64,000 bases of DNA from contig JANQED010000132.1 of assembly GCA_028278545.1 (NCBI GenBank), positions 218,874 to 282,873 on the forward strand. The letters run 5' to 3'. Position 1 is the stretch's first letter. Every line of letters starts with the position of its first letter. The position numbers and the translations under genes are program-made. Below are positions 62,810 through 64,000 of this stretch, piece after piece. Source of the DNA: Anaerolineales bacterium. Lineage in GTDB: Bacteria; Chloroflexota; Anaerolineae; Anaerolineales; UBA11858. A model generated the notes under the pieces. It worked only from the letters and a program-made list of their open reading frames with translations. It was not told the DNA's origin and did no database searches.

Positions 62810-64000
62810 ATGAAAAGCTCTTACAATATCGTCGTATGCGGGGCGGGCATCGCCGGCATTGCCACCGCCTATCACCTGGCCGTCCGTCATGGGGTCAAGG
62901 ACATCATCCTGGTCGATGCCCGCCCCCCTCTCAGCCTGACCAGCGACAAATCCACGGAGTGCTATCGCAACTGGTGGCCCGGCCCGGGGAATGCCATGGT
63001 GGGCCTGATGAACCGCTCCATCGACATCATGGAACAACTGGCTGAGGAGAGCGGAAATATCTTCCACCTCAACCGCCGCGGCTACTTATACCTGACCGCC
63101 GACCCCGAGGTAATCCCCGCTTTCGAGAGGGCTGCGCAAGAACCTGCGGAGCTGGGTGCTGGCCCCCTGAGAGTGTACCGCTCCCAGGCCGATGACCCCC
63201 AATATATCCCTTCCCCTACAGAGGGATACCAAGACCTGCCCACCGGCGCCGATCTGTTCCTCGACCCCGCCCTGATACGAAAATACTTCCCTTACCTATC
63301 CGAGAATGTCGTCGCCGCGCTGCACGCCCGGCGTGCGGGCTGGTTCAGCGCCCAACAGTTGGGCATGTATATGCTCGACCAGGCGCGCGCCCATGGAGTG
63401 GAATTGGTTCAGGCGCGTGTTACCGGGGTGGATATCTCCCAAGGGCGCGTACAATCCATCCGACTGAGCGACGGATCAACGCTCTCGACGCCCTGCTTCG
63501 TCAACGCGGCGGGGCCTTTCATCAAAGAAGTGGGGGAGGTGCTCGGCGTAGACATCCCCGTCTTCACCGAACTGCATCTCAAAGTCGCTTTTCGCGACCC
63601 GCTGGGGGTGGTACCCCGCGAAGCCCCCTTGCTGATCTGGACAGACGCCCAAACCCTGCCCTGGTCTGAAGATGAGCGGGAATTCCTGGCGGAGGAGGAT
63701 GACACCCGCTGGCTGCTGGAGCAAATGCCTGCTGGTGCCCACACCCGCCCCGAGGGCGGCGCGGACAGCGACATCATGCTGTTACTCTGGGAATATCACA
63801 CCCAGGTCATGAAACCCGTCGTCCCACCTCCCCTAAACGAAATGTACCCCGAGATCGCCTTGCGCGGCATGGCCGCTTTATTACCCCGTTTCAGTGAATA
63901 CTTTGAACGCATGCCCCAACCCATGCTCGACGGGGGCTACTACACCAAAACTCAGGAAAATCGTCCGTTGGTCGGGCCACTGCCAGTAGAAGGCGCCTAT
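62810..64000 (+). CDS. FAD-dependent oxidoreductase (DAO family), 5' part; continues past the right edge
   Basis: Absent from the ORF track because it has no stop in the window. MKSSYNIVVCGAGIAGIATAYHL (GxGxxG dinucleotide fold). The reading frame stays open for 397 codons to position 64000, and the GC-rich codon usage matches the backbone. Confidence 0.8.
   Translation, partial: MKSSYNIVVCGAGIAGIATAYHLAVRHGVKDIILVDARPPLSLTSDKSTECYRNWWPGPGNAMVGLMNRSIDIMEQLAEESGNIFHLNRRGYLYLTADPEVIPAFERAAQEPAELGAGPLRVYRSQADDPQYIPSPTEGYQDLPTGADLFLDPALIRKYFPYLSENVVAALHARRAGWFSAQQLGMYMLDQARAHGVELVQARVTGVDISQGRVQSIRLSDGSTLSTPCFVNAAGPFIKEVGEVLGVDIPVFTELHLKVAFRDPLGVVPREAPLLIWTDAQTLPWSEDEREFLAEEDDTRWLLEQMPAGAHTRPEGGADSDIMLLLWEYHTQVMKPVVPPPLNEMYPEIALRGMAALLPRFSEYFERMPQPMLDGGYYTKTQENRPLVGPLPVEGAY

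Noticed and set aside
1-64000. Site-avoidance test for AGATCT/GGATCC as a clue to the specificity of the BglII/BamHI-like R-M system
   Set aside because: Both hexamers occur in the window, including inside the methylase gene itself (AGATCT at 15477, 30294 and 61881; GGATCC at 2454 and 62499). This gives no avoidance signal, and specificity cannot be inferred from these hand-found sites.
1-64000. CRISPR arrays, tandem repeats, IS elements/transposases, integrases, prophage genes, rRNA operons
   Set aside because: I looked for regularly spaced direct repeats and for DDE/tyrosine-recombinase-like ORFs and found none. tRNA-Gly (25735..25806) is not followed by an integrase or an obvious island.

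Overview
This 64-kb window is mostly chromosomal backbone from a roughly 55-60% GC bacterium. The Gram-positive-like gene order, TGnTATAAT promoters, a glmS ribozyme and very large PAS/GAF sensor proteins suggest Chloroflexota (Anaerolineae-like), but that is inference only. About 55 protein genes are supported. They include glmS, pcm, a complete cell-shape/division block (mreB-mreC-mreD-mrdA-minC-minD-minE-rodA), gltX, metF, rsmA, argF, pyk and alaX. Four RNA genes are not visible in the ORF track: a glmS ribozyme, a small SRP RNA (ffs), tRNA-Gln(CUG) and tRNA-Gly(CCC). Three of them are covered by spurious ORFs or by 5' ORF extensions. The less ordinary parts are: (1) a lower-GC signalling neighbourhood at about 26.4-40.3 kb, holding a 1809-aa GAF/PAS/HD-GYP protein with a strong internal GC gradient, a truncated receiver-domain remnant, a receiver / 1853-aa multi-GAF histidine kinase / DMT transporter operon and an OmpR-type regulator, plus a 999-aa PAS-GAF-GGDEF cyclase at 47-50 kb; (2) a five-gene envelope-stress-like operon (PspC-domain protein, two toast-rack/LiaF-like proteins and two polytopic membrane proteins) whose products all share one TM-hairpin motif, with no linked regulator; (3) an HD(SpoT-like)-MazG-NTF2 operon; (4) an orphan CpaF/TadA-type ATPase; (5) a sharply AT-rich Type II restriction-modification island (BglII/BamHI-like endonuclease, C-protein, SPPY methyltransferase) with a candidate C-box palindrome and apparently leaderless divergent promoters. 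I saw no CRISPR array, transposase, integrase, rRNA or prophage genes. All calls come from reading the sequence and the translations; no database search was run.
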